Shown: positions 9,139 through 17,274 of the stretch, in pieces
Numbering within the stretch: position 1 is the first letter of the stretch
Layout of the letters: every line of letters starts with the position of its first letter
Assembly (NCBI GenBank): GCA_044869275.1
Contig: JBIOXB010000028.1
Location: forward strand, 1 to 27,230
Reading direction: 5' to 3'
Origin: a bacterium
GTDB taxonomy: Bacteria > Zhuqueibacterota > Zhuqueibacteria > Zhuqueibacterales > Zhuqueibacteraceae
DNA: 27,230 bases
Position numbers and translations under genes: made by a program
Notes under the pieces: model-generated
What the model saw: only the letters and a program-made list of their open reading frames with translations
Database searches by the model: none
Told to the model about the DNA's origin: nothing

Positions 9139-10191
9139 ATGTTAGATTGTAGGTTAGAAAAAGTCTTGACCTGTTGCACATTTCTCGTTCTCCTTTATGC
9201 CGGTTGTGGCAGCGAGCAAAAACACGAATATGTTGCTCCATACGCGGGACCTCGCATCTCCAGCATGCTCGATTCGGCCGGGAAAGCCCTGGATGAGGGC
9301 GCGTTTGGATCGGCGATCGCAATTTGCAACAGGGTCATAGCGCAGCGACAGGACCTCCCATATTGCTATTTTATTAAGGCACGGGCACTGACCGCGGTTA
9401 ACCGCTTCCCGGACGCCAAGGTTGCGCTCACAACAGTTTTGCAGCTCGACCCCGGTTATCCCTCGATTTGGTTTAACCTGGGCAATAACGCATTTCACCG
9501 TGAGCAATACCGGGAGGCGCTCACGCATTACGCTCGCGAGTGGGAACGCGTAAGTCCCGGTGATTCGAAAAAGGAAAAATGCGCAATCCTGATGCAAATG
9601 GGGCGCGCGCATAAAAATCTCGGTGAAATTGATGAAGCCATTTCGGCCTTTGAGCACGTAATAAAATTGGATGAAAATTATGTCGAGGTCTACAATGACC
9701 TGGGTCACATCTACAGCGAGAATGGCGAATTTGAAAAAGCCCTCGAATACCAGATGCAGGCGATGAAACTCCAGCCCGAGAATGGCGAATACCACTACTA
9801 CGTTGGCACGCTCCTCTACCAGCTTGGTGAAATGGAGAAAGCGATTCCTTACTTGACGACCGCCATATCGAAAGAGCCCTGGTATCACGGCGCCCATTAT
9901 AATCTCGGCCGGGCCTTGATTGCATCAGGGCAGCTTGAGCGGGGGCAGGCGTACCTCGCTAAGGTCGATAGCCTGCAGCAAATCGCTCACGTTATTGGCC
10001 AGGCGCGTTATTCTGCGCAAACCCACCCGGATCGGCCGATATTGTGGATCAGACTCGCAAACTTGCTTTATGCAAACGGGCGATATGATGAAGCCCTTCA
10101 AGCCTATCTGGTCGCTCATTACCTGGAACCCGAGAATAAGAAGACCGAACGCGCCGTAATGAACCTTAGACGCCTCATTATCTCCAGATGA
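9139..10191 (+). CDS. Tetratricopeptide-repeat lipoprotein (paralog C)
   Basis: Lipobox-like YAGC; TPR units (IWFNLGNNAF, VYNDLGHIYSENGEFEKAL, AHYNLGRALIASG). Confidence 0.88.
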   Translation: MLDCRLEKVLTCCTFLVLLYAGCGSEQKHEYVAPYAGPRISSMLDSAGKALDEGAFGSAIAICNRVIAQRQDLPYCYFIKARALTAVNRFPDAKVALTTVLQLDPGYPSIWFNLGNNAFHREQYREALTHYAREWERVSPGDSKKEKCAILMQMGRAHKNLGEIDEAISAFEHVIKLDENYVEVYNDLGHIYSENGEFEKALEYQMQAMKLQPENGEYHYYVGTLLYQLGEMEKAIPYLTTAISKEPWYHGAHYNLGRALIASGQLERGQAYLAKVDSLQQIAHVIGQARYSAQTHPDRPILWIRLANLLYANGRYDEALQAYLVAHYLEPENKKTERAVMNLRRLIISR

Positions 10192-10192
10192 A

Positions 10193-10279
10193 TGGCAGAA
10201 AAATTCAAAGTCCAAAGCACAAAGCACAAGACTCAAAACTACTTTTGGATTTTGTGCTTTGTGCTTTTGGGTTTCCGAC
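10193..10279. repeat. Heptamer-based palindromic repeat element, copy 2, between convergent genes (possible bidirectional terminator)
   Basis: Same element as 2308-2386 with one extra AGCACAA unit and one extra base. CAAAGCACAAAGCACAA...TTTGTGCTTTGTGCTTT arms can form a hairpin. It fills the gap between the stops at 10191 and 10285. Confidence 0.9.
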
Positions 10280-10284
10280 CCACA

Positions 10285-12612
10285 TTATCCTTGAATTTTC
10301 ACGCCGACTCTCTTGCGAACGGTTTTCCCCGTTTGCAGATCATTGATATCGAGAACTAATTCGTAGCGCCCGGCGCCATTACCTTTGAAATCGAAGTTTA
10401 TATAAATTTTCTCGTTACGTGTTTGTCCCGAATAATCGTAGGAGGTGCTGACGGCCTCCTTGTCTTTGTCGAAAAGGCTTTTAAAGAATCCAATTATATC
10501 TTTGGAACCGGCGGCACCCACTCCGTATGGCTGCAAAGTACATGTGATTCTGAAATTGGTTTGACCCTCGGCGTTATAAAAGAGATTGTAAATCTCGAGG
10601 TATAGCCCGATCCCTTCACCTATTTTGAAATCGGAAAACATGTGTGGATTGTAGCGCATCCCCTCCTTCACAAACTTGCCGGTATTTTCGACCGGCGTGA
10701 TCGGGCCGGAAAGAATGACATCGCTGACCAGGAGAGAATCCTTGCTCCATAAATCTTCAAAATAGTGTTCTCCCTTATAAACACCCATTTTGCCGGAAAC
10801 CCGATCCCGTATCTGAACTTCAAAATGATATTTTCCCGGCATTACTTGAAAGCGACGAACATCGACAATATTAGCCAATCGCCATTGTTCCTGTGTTAGT
10901 CCAATCTTTATCTTGTTTTCCGAACGCAGCTTACTGACTTCGTTCCAGTGCTCGTCGTAAAAACCAAAAAACTCATCCAAGGCCAGAACCGTCCCTTCTT
11001 CCGTTGACTTTAGCAGAGCCGCCTCACCGCTGAGGCCGTAGTAAGCTTCAAGAAGCAGTTTTCCTTCTTCTCCCCGAAAGGTGATAAAATGTAATGGGAA
11101 TTCCAACGATTCGATTTCCGTACGCTGGTAGTCCGAGGTCTCTGTTTGAATACCAATCCTGGCATGAGCCTGGGCGTCAAAATCAACCTGTTCGTAGTAT
11201 GTTGTGAGATCGGAATAAGCAAGGTTCTCGTACCCGGGGGTTTTCGGATCCAACCGGCCATAAATGCCGCCAAGGTCCCACCGACCTTCAAAGGTTATCG
11301 GCAGTGAGGAGAGAATCCATCCGGAGTCGCCGCCCCATTTGGTAAAATGAAAGATCAATTCCGGGCGGTTCCCTTTTTCATTGAATTTCCATGACACGTT
11401 TTTCGGCAATGCCGGGTCCAATGCAGCGGCGGTGCGGTCGGGTTGGCCGTGTCTTATGTAAATGAGACCCATGTCATCCAGATCGCGATTTTCTTGCACA
11501 GCATCAATTAGGAAACCTGCAAACATTTCGTTGCCGACTTTTAGATGGAAACGATCATTTAACGGGTGTTCCAGCTTGAACCGTCGGTCATCGACTTTTG
11601 CCGTTCTCCGGTACGATTTGCGCGCATAGCTCAACCGACGATAGTACTCCGGTATTCGTTCATTTTCATCCGTGGTGAGATCGGGATCGCGTGAGCGCCA
11701 GAACCCATAGTAAAACTTCCAAACTTCGGCCATGGGCGTCTTCAGCAGTCTGGCGTATTCCTCGTTGCTCATAATGTAAAGGCAATCCCGCAAAAATGCC
11801 TCGGTATCGGCTTCACTCTTAATGCTGTTCACGGCAGACCAGTAAAAGGCCAGTCCGGTCGCGTTGTTTTCATTCTCAAAATGCAGATTGGCCTGCAATA
11901 AATTGAATTTCGTATTCGCTATGTGCGGTGGAATCGTGCTGACGATGGACATGCTCTTGTCGAGGTCTCCACTGGCAAAATAGAGATAGGCGATGTCGGA
12001 ACGCAATTCGTGGTTATCGGCGCTCCCGGCAAGTTTTTCCAGGTATGCGACAACCTTGTTCTCCTCATGGAGTTTGATGCTGCTGCTGAGGAGGCGGTTG
12101 TAAAGATCTTCACTATCAGGGTTGTTGCTGTAAGCTTTTAAGTATGCCTCAACCGCTTTGCTGCTTTCGCCGTGTTCCGCCTCGACCTCGCCAAGCTTTA
12201 GCCAGGCGGCAACAAATTTTGGATCCTTTCGAGTCGCCGCGTAAAGGAGGTCACGGGCGTCTTGGAACTGTTTCATATTGATGTAAACCAGAGCGGATTG
12301 GTAGTAAGCTTCAGCGTAATTCTCATCGATTTTGATTGCCTTTTTGAATTGGTTTAGCGCATCCCGGCTATCGGGTTTCTCGATGGCATAACTCAAACCG
12401 AGGCCGTAGTAAGCTTGAGCTATATTTTTGTTTCTTATCAAGATTTTGCTGAACTGTTCGCGGGCGGCGGCGAATTGCTTTTGCTCGAGCAGCGCAAGCC
12501 CCGTCTGGAACATTGGCTCCCACCAATCATTGCCGGTTTGAGACAGAATGACATCAACACCGGCGGAGAGGAGCAACAAAGATAAAAGCAGATGCTTCCA
12601 TGCAAATCGCAT
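10285..12612 (-). CDS. Secreted TPR + GWxTD-domain protein
   Basis: Sec signal peptide and N-terminal TPRs. GWxTD-domain scaffold 'FWRSRDPDLTTDENERIPEYYRRLSYA...DDMGLIYIRHGQPD'. C-terminal beta-rich part with 'PGKYHFEVQIRD', 'VSDVIL', 'LYLEIYNL' and 'GRYELVLDINDL'. Confidence 0.82.
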   Translation of the reverse strand: MRFAWKHLLLSLLLLSAGVDVILSQTGNDWWEPMFQTGLALLEQKQFAAAREQFSKILIRNKNIAQAYYGLGLSYAIEKPDSRDALNQFKKAIKIDENYAEAYYQSALVYINMKQFQDARDLLYAATRKDPKFVAAWLKLGEVEAEHGESSKAVEAYLKAYSNNPDSEDLYNRLLSSSIKLHEENKVVAYLEKLAGSADNHELRSDIAYLYFASGDLDKSMSIVSTIPPHIANTKFNLLQANLHFENENNATGLAFYWSAVNSIKSEADTEAFLRDCLYIMSNEEYARLLKTPMAEVWKFYYGFWRSRDPDLTTDENERIPEYYRRLSYARKSYRRTAKVDDRRFKLEHPLNDRFHLKVGNEMFAGFLIDAVQENRDLDDMGLIYIRHGQPDRTAAALDPALPKNVSWKFNEKGNRPELIFHFTKWGGDSGWILSSLPITFEGRWDLGGIYGRLDPKTPGYENLAYSDLTTYYEQVDFDAQAHARIGIQTETSDYQRTEIESLEFPLHFITFRGEEGKLLLEAYYGLSGEAALLKSTEEGTVLALDEFFGFYDEHWNEVSKLRSENKIKIGLTQEQWRLANIVDVRRFQVMPGKYHFEVQIRDRVSGKMGVYKGEHYFEDLWSKDSLLVSDVILSGPITPVENTGKFVKEGMRYNPHMFSDFKIGEGIGLYLEIYNLFYNAEGQTNFRITCTLQPYGVGAAGSKDIIGFFKSLFDKDKEAVSTSYDYSGQTRNEKIYINFDFKGNGAGRYELVLDINDLQTGKTVRKRVGVKIQG

Positions 12613-12814
12613 TCGGTATCGCTCCGATTTTAATTTCTTGATGTACTAACCCAATCGGGGTTCGTAAGTTCTTTTTCTGTCTTCAATTACTTGTTGCAGT
12701 AGTTCAATCTCCTGTTGGCTGAGTTTTCTGAGGCTCGCAATCTTTTCCGATTTTTCTTCTATTCCTGAAGGATTCATCGAATATAAGAAGAATATGGCCG
12801 GCACGCAACAATAG

Positions 12815-12908
12815 GTCGAGCGTCTCGAACCGTGCCTGGCAATTGACATGGTGGTGGCCTGGCGGATTTTTCATTATCCAGTACGAAAGATGTGGGTAAT
12901 GCTCTCAG
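12815..12908 (+). pseudogene. Internally deleted remnant of an IS4-family (IS50-like) element
   Basis: 12815-12874 translates to VERLEPCLAIDMVVAWRIFH, resembling the conserved 'RL..CLAID.VVAWRI' stretch of IS4/IS50-group transposases. It is immediately followed by ...GATGTGGGTAATGCTC.., resembling the right end of such elements. Recognised from memory. Confidence 0.55.
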
Positions 12909-13072
12909 TAACTGACGCATTACAAAACAAATTCTAACCGTGACGGAGGTGCCAAGCTCACTCAATCCGTAACTATTGAATTTTCAAATACTTGAACTGA
13001 AAATAGAATTCAAAAAACACCCGTCTCGGACCTGCGGAATGTAGAAAGTTAATATTTCTTAAAAGTTTTTTG

Positions 13073-13128
13073 TTGACATGAGATAAAGGATTTAGTATAT
13101 ATCATTTGAATTTTGCGTGGAAATTCAA
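13073..13128 (+). promoter_or_regulatory. Candidate sigma70 promoter with a downstream inverted repeat (possible operator)
   Basis: Perfect TTGACA at 13073-13078 with AT-rich upstream DNA; TATATA 17 bp downstream (13096-13101, imperfect -10); TTGAATTT-N7-AAATTCAA at 13106-13128. Confidence 0.45.
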
Positions 13129-13414
13129 CCATTTAGCGTCGCGGAACGGACGTACCTCCGCGGCGACGACTCTTCTGATTCCTCCAAATTATGCCTCAGT
13201 CAATCGGCTATGCTGACGTTTGTCTCACTGATGTCAAGCTACCATTCAGGTCTCAATAAGTCGATTTTCTCAATTCAATTCTTTTTTTGTCGGTCATGCC
13301 GTAGGGCATCTTCCAAATGAAGCCATGCGGGAGCATTGGGAAGATGCTCACAGCGTGACGAAACGAGACCGGCAGAGGTTAGCTCAACTGCCGTCTTTAT
13401 CATGATGCCCCACG

Positions 13415-13463
13415 CTGCCACTGGATAAGAGCACAGACTTGTTATTTCCGTGGCAGTTTTTTT
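13415..13463 (+). terminator. Rho-independent terminator-like hairpin upstream of the cytochrome gene
   Basis: CTGCCAC (13415-13421) pairs with GTGGCAG (13450-13456), with further GGATAA/TTATTTCC pairing inside, followed by T7 (13457-13463). Confidence 0.6.
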
Positions 13464-13474
13464 GTCTGGATCAC

Positions 13475-13571
13475 GTAACGAAACATTCATGTTGCGTTAC
13501 CACGGAGTTAGTGCTATAGCAATTGTCGCGGTTGCGCCATGCCCGGATTCGCAACATGAATGTTGCGTTAC
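13475..13571. repeat. REP-like inverted doublet
   Basis: GTAACGAAACATTCATGTTGCG (13475-13496) and CGCAACATGAATGTTGCGTTAC (13550-13571) are reverse complements at 21/22 positions. Each unit is itself palindromic after a GTAA head. Confidence 0.8.
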
Positions 13572-13591
13572 AATCTTGGTCGAGGTTAAAA

Positions 13592-16273
13592 ATGATGCAC
13601 CAGCGCTACACCCGCCTGCCAAGGTCCCAGCAGTTTCTTGTAAGTGTGCTGCTGGGAAGCTTCGTCATTTTGCTTTTGAACAGCCTATTCCTGCTTTTGT
13701 TCGACCGCTCCACCGCCGCCACGTACATGATCATGGTGCTCATGCACGTGATTTTGGGCATCTTATTGATCGCTCCGCTCTTGTTCTTCCTCACCCTGCA
13801 CCTGCTCAAAATGCCGGTGGCACACAATCGCGGGGCCACGGCCGCCGGAATCTTTACCGCTCTCTCGCTCGGCGTCTTGCTCGCCAGCGGCTTTGCCTTG
13901 GTAACCGAGGGCGCTTCGCAACGTTGGTTTGTCGGTCTGCACATGGTGTCGACGTTGACGACGATTCTGGGTTTTATCGGCCACGTTTCATTGAAACGCG
14001 GCGTGCGCTATCATTTTCTCGAATGGGGTGAGCTGTGGCGTGAAGGGCTTTGGAAAGCGGTTCGGCATCCCTTGAGTGTGACCCTGTTGGCCGGCGCCGC
14101 TGTTTCCGCCATTTTTTTCTTCAGCCTTTGGCAAGACAACAACAAGACCAAATTCGTCGAGACCGGTAAACACAAATCCTTTGCGCCCGGCCAGGCCGTA
14201 CTGGCGCACGAAAATTTTCTGAAAGACGAGGATCTCGGCCGCTCCGGCTTTTGCGGCCAGGCGGGATGTCACCCCGATATCTACAAACAGTGGAACGAGT
14301 CGGCGCATCATTTTTCCTCGTTCAACAATCCCTATTATCGCAAAAGTGTAGAACTCTTAATTTCAGAAAAGGGCAACGCGCCGGTACGCTGGTGCGCTTC
14401 CTGCCACGATCCGCTCGTGCTTTTCCCCGGCCAGATGCGCGATACCCAGACGATTGACTTGGATCATCCCCGGGCGCAATCCGGCATTACTTGTCTCTCC
14501 TGCCATGCCATCGCAGGCTTGCGCGACGTCAAAGGCAACGGCCGACTGGTCATGGCAGCGCCGGACGAATATCCCTTCGCGCGTTCGGACAGCAAAATCG
14601 GCCAGTGGATTCACAACAAGATGGTAAAATCCAAGCCCGAGCCGCATCGCCGCGCCATGCTAAAGCCCGCCATGCATCGCACCTCGGAGTTTTGTGGCAC
14701 GTGCCACAAGGTCGGCATTCCGCCGGAAGTGAATGATTATCGTTGGAAACGCGGGCAGAACCAGTACGACAACTGGCACAACAGCGGCGCTTCCGGCAAC
14801 ATTGTGCGATCATTCTATCTGCCTCCGGTGGCGAAGAGTTGCACCGACTGCCATATGATGCCAGTCCCTTCCCACGACGAAGGCAATGACAACGGCTTCG
14901 TGCGCAGCCACCGCTTTGCCACGGCCAATGCCACTCTTCCTCTGCTCAATGGGCACCGCGACCAACAACTCGCCGTGCACAAGGTGATGCAAGATTCCAT
15001 CGTCACGGTGGATGTATTTGCTCTCGAAGTCAACGGCAAATTTTACGGCCCCGACGAGCCCATGCCCGTACTCAAACCGGCCGATCAGGTGAAATTGACC
15101 GTGGTGACGCGTAATCGCAAAGTCGGCCATATCTTTCCGGAAGGCACGAACGATTCCAACGAGCCTTGGATCGAGGTGCGTGCGAAGGATGAAGAGGGCA
15201 AAACCGTGCTCGCCTCCGGCCTGCTCGACGCCTACGGCCATGTCGATTCAACGGCGCATTTTTTCAGAGCCAAGCTGGTCGATCGCCACAGCCGGCTTAT
15301 CGGCCGGCGTGACGTACAAAATTGGGTGGCGACGATCTACGCCAACGTCGTACCGCCGGGTGCGGCGCGCACGTCGCATTATCGCTTCAAAGTTCCTGCG
15401 GGCGCCGCCCTCACCACGCTGGAAGCCTCCTTGCATTATCGCAAATTCAATCAGGAATTTAATCGGTGGGTCTTCAGAGATCGGGTTTTTCCTGAAGTGC
15501 CGGTGCAACCGATCATCACCATGCACCAAGCCGTGCGCGAAGCCGGCGTGGTGAAGCAGACGCCGCGTCCACTTTGGGAACGCTGGAATGATTACGGTAT
15601 CGGGCTTCTGCTCGAAGGTGACACGCGCCGGGCGTTGGCGGCGTTTCAGCAGGTGACGGCCCTCGCCCCCAAAAATCCGGAAGGCCCGATCAATCAGGGC
15701 CGCGTGCTTATTGCCGAGGGCCAGGTCGATCGCGCCCTTGCCACCCTGCAAGAGGCAGAGGGCCGCAGACCGGGCTATCTGAAAACCGCGTATTTCCGTG
15801 GCGCCGTCTATAAAAAGATGGGGGAATACGATCAAGCGCTTGCAGAATGGAAAAAAGTTGCGGAGGTCTATCCCAAGGACCGGGTGTTGTTGCTCGATAT
15901 GGGCCGATTGGAGTATCTTTCCGGCCGGTACGAGGAGGCCTTGAAACGGATCGAGGAGGTGCTGGTCATCGATCCGGAAGATCTTGGCGGGCTTTATAAT
16001 CGCATGCTCACGCTCGGCGCGATGGGCCGCGAGGAGGAGTTGGCCGCAGCGCGCAAACTGTACGAGTATCATAAAGACGATGAAGATGCCATGGCCGTCA
16101 CCGCTGCATTCAAACAGCGGCATCCGGCGGCCAATCAGGAGGCGCAGCCGATCCACATGCACGAGCTGTGGCCCTTCCGCCAGTATACCGAGGGTTCTGC
16201 GCCAGCGGAAATGTCATATGAATTGAAACCATCCCAAAGTCGGGCATTGCCGAAGACCGGCGGCGGTGACTGA
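13592..16273 (+). CDS. Membrane-bound multiheme c-type cytochrome with a His-bearing N-terminal TM domain and C-terminal TPRs
   Basis: ATG 13592 follows a GAGG RBS (the 13523 TTG start lies within the repeat). Five hydrophobic segments; CASCH, CLSCH, CGTCH and CTDCH plus atypical CGQAGCH; TPRs from 'RWNDYGIGLL' onward. Confidence 0.9.
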   Translation: MMHQRYTRLPRSQQFLVSVLLGSFVILLLNSLFLLLFDRSTAATYMIMVLMHVILGILLIAPLLFFLTLHLLKMPVAHNRGATAAGIFTALSLGVLLASGFALVTEGASQRWFVGLHMVSTLTTILGFIGHVSLKRGVRYHFLEWGELWREGLWKAVRHPLSVTLLAGAAVSAIFFFSLWQDNNKTKFVETGKHKSFAPGQAVLAHENFLKDEDLGRSGFCGQAGCHPDIYKQWNESAHHFSSFNNPYYRKSVELLISEKGNAPVRWCASCHDPLVLFPGQMRDTQTIDLDHPRAQSGITCLSCHAIAGLRDVKGNGRLVMAAPDEYPFARSDSKIGQWIHNKMVKSKPEPHRRAMLKPAMHRTSEFCGTCHKVGIPPEVNDYRWKRGQNQYDNWHNSGASGNIVRSFYLPPVAKSCTDCHMMPVPSHDEGNDNGFVRSHRFATANATLPLLNGHRDQQLAVHKVMQDSIVTVDVFALEVNGKFYGPDEPMPVLKPADQVKLTVVTRNRKVGHIFPEGTNDSNEPWIEVRAKDEEGKTVLASGLLDAYGHVDSTAHFFRAKLVDRHSRLIGRRDVQNWVATIYANVVPPGAARTSHYRFKVPAGAALTTLEASLHYRKFNQEFNRWVFRDRVFPEVPVQPIITMHQAVREAGVVKQTPRPLWERWNDYGIGLLLEGDTRRALAAFQQVTALAPKNPEGPINQGRVLIAEGQVDRALATLQEAEGRRPGYLKTAYFRGAVYKKMGEYDQALAEWKKVAEVYPKDRVLLLDMGRLEYLSGRYEEALKRIEEVLVIDPEDLGGLYNRMLTLGAMGREEELAAARKLYEYHKDDEDAMAVTAAFKQRHPAANQEAQPIHMHELWPFRQYTEGSAPAEMSYELKPSQSRALPKTGGGD

Positions 16274-16296
16274 ATGACCATCTTAAGGAGGAAAAA

Positions 16297-17274
16297 ATGC
16301 TCACAAAAAAAGTTGCTACGATTTTCTTCCTTGTGGTTGCTGCCGTATTTACGAGAGATCAAGCCGCTTTCAGCCAGGGCTGTGTGGCAGTGCGCCCGAT
16401 GAGCTGCTCGGCATCGGGAGCCCTCAACAATTATGTGACCATGCTGGATAGAGGCCAGTGGCAGTTTTCCGGTTCGTATCGCTATTTTAAATCGTTCCGC
16501 CACTTCCGAGGCGACGTGGAGGAGAAAGAAAGAGTAGAAGAGGGCACGCAAGTCGAAAACATTACGCATGCGATTGATATGGGATTGAGCCATGGGCTGA
16601 GCAACCGCTGGGCGCTCTCTCTGAATTTGCCTGTTATTTATTATGATCGATCGTCACTTTACGAGCACTACGGCAACAGCGTGAACGCTAATCCTAGCCG
16701 GTCACGTTTTCATACCGGCGCCACGGGTATTGGTGACACGCGGCTTACGGTAAACTACACGTTGCTGAATCCCGAGCATGCGTTCAAAGGAAATATCTCG
16801 ATGGGGGTTGGTATCAAGATGCCCACGGGCAACGCCAATGTTCAGGACGAGTTTCACCGGCGGACTGCCGACGGCAGGGATTCCGTGACCACCAAACCCG
16901 TTGACCAATCCATCCAACTGGGAGATGGTGGCTGGGGAATTAACCTGGAGCTCTCGGGCTTCCGGCAACTGTTTACCAGAAGGGGAGCGCTGGTCTTCAA
17001 CGGGTTTTATCTCGCCAATCCGGAAAACGTGAACTATATCGTCTCGATCGAACCGACCATCTCGTATAGCAAAGGCCTGGATCTTACTCTGAACTTTCCA
17101 ATTGCCTTATATCGCAACCGGACGAAAAGCGTATTCGACTTAGCGGATCCTACGGGCGAGCGACACGGAGATGCTGCCTTCGCCGATTATCTGGTCAATC
17201 TGCAAGTCTCTTACAAGTTCGGGAAAAAGCACGGCCCGATGGATGTTGCGCCGCAGATAACGATTCCCCAATGA
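16297..17274 (+). CDS. Outer-membrane beta-barrel ('transporter'/MetA-pathway-like family) with N-terminal QGCVAVR motif
   Basis: AGGAGG RBS; signal peptide; 'QGCVAVR', 'YRYFKSFRHFRG', 'GIGD', 'GIKMPTG', 'VDQSIQLGDGGWG', 'GDAAFADY' and terminal strand 'VSYKF'. Confidence 0.75.
   Translation: MLTKKVATIFFLVVAAVFTRDQAAFSQGCVAVRPMSCSASGALNNYVTMLDRGQWQFSGSYRYFKSFRHFRGDVEEKERVEEGTQVENITHAIDMGLSHGLSNRWALSLNLPVIYYDRSSLYEHYGNSVNANPSRSRFHTGATGIGDTRLTVNYTLLNPEHAFKGNISMGVGIKMPTGNANVQDEFHRRTADGRDSVTTKPVDQSIQLGDGGWGINLELSGFRQLFTRRGALVFNGFYLANPENVNYIVSIEPTISYSKGLDLTLNFPIALYRNRTKSVFDLADPTGERHGDAAFADYLVNLQVSYKFGKKHGPMDVAPQITIPQ

Noticed and set aside
13100..13465. tmRNA, RNase P RNA or a known riboswitch (c-di-GMP, c-di-AMP, ZTP)
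   Set aside because: The length is suggestive, but I could not find the diagnostic conserved sequences; only short partial resemblances.
13450..14031. 193-aa alternative-frame ORF and the 13523 start
   Set aside because: They begin within the terminator/REP palindromes and overlap the cytochrome gene, whose ATG 13592 has an RBS.
15248..16162. 304-aa minus-strand ORF (likewise 18012-18863, 23531-24373 and 9154-9897)
   Set aside because: These lie wholly opposite confident genes and show no family features.
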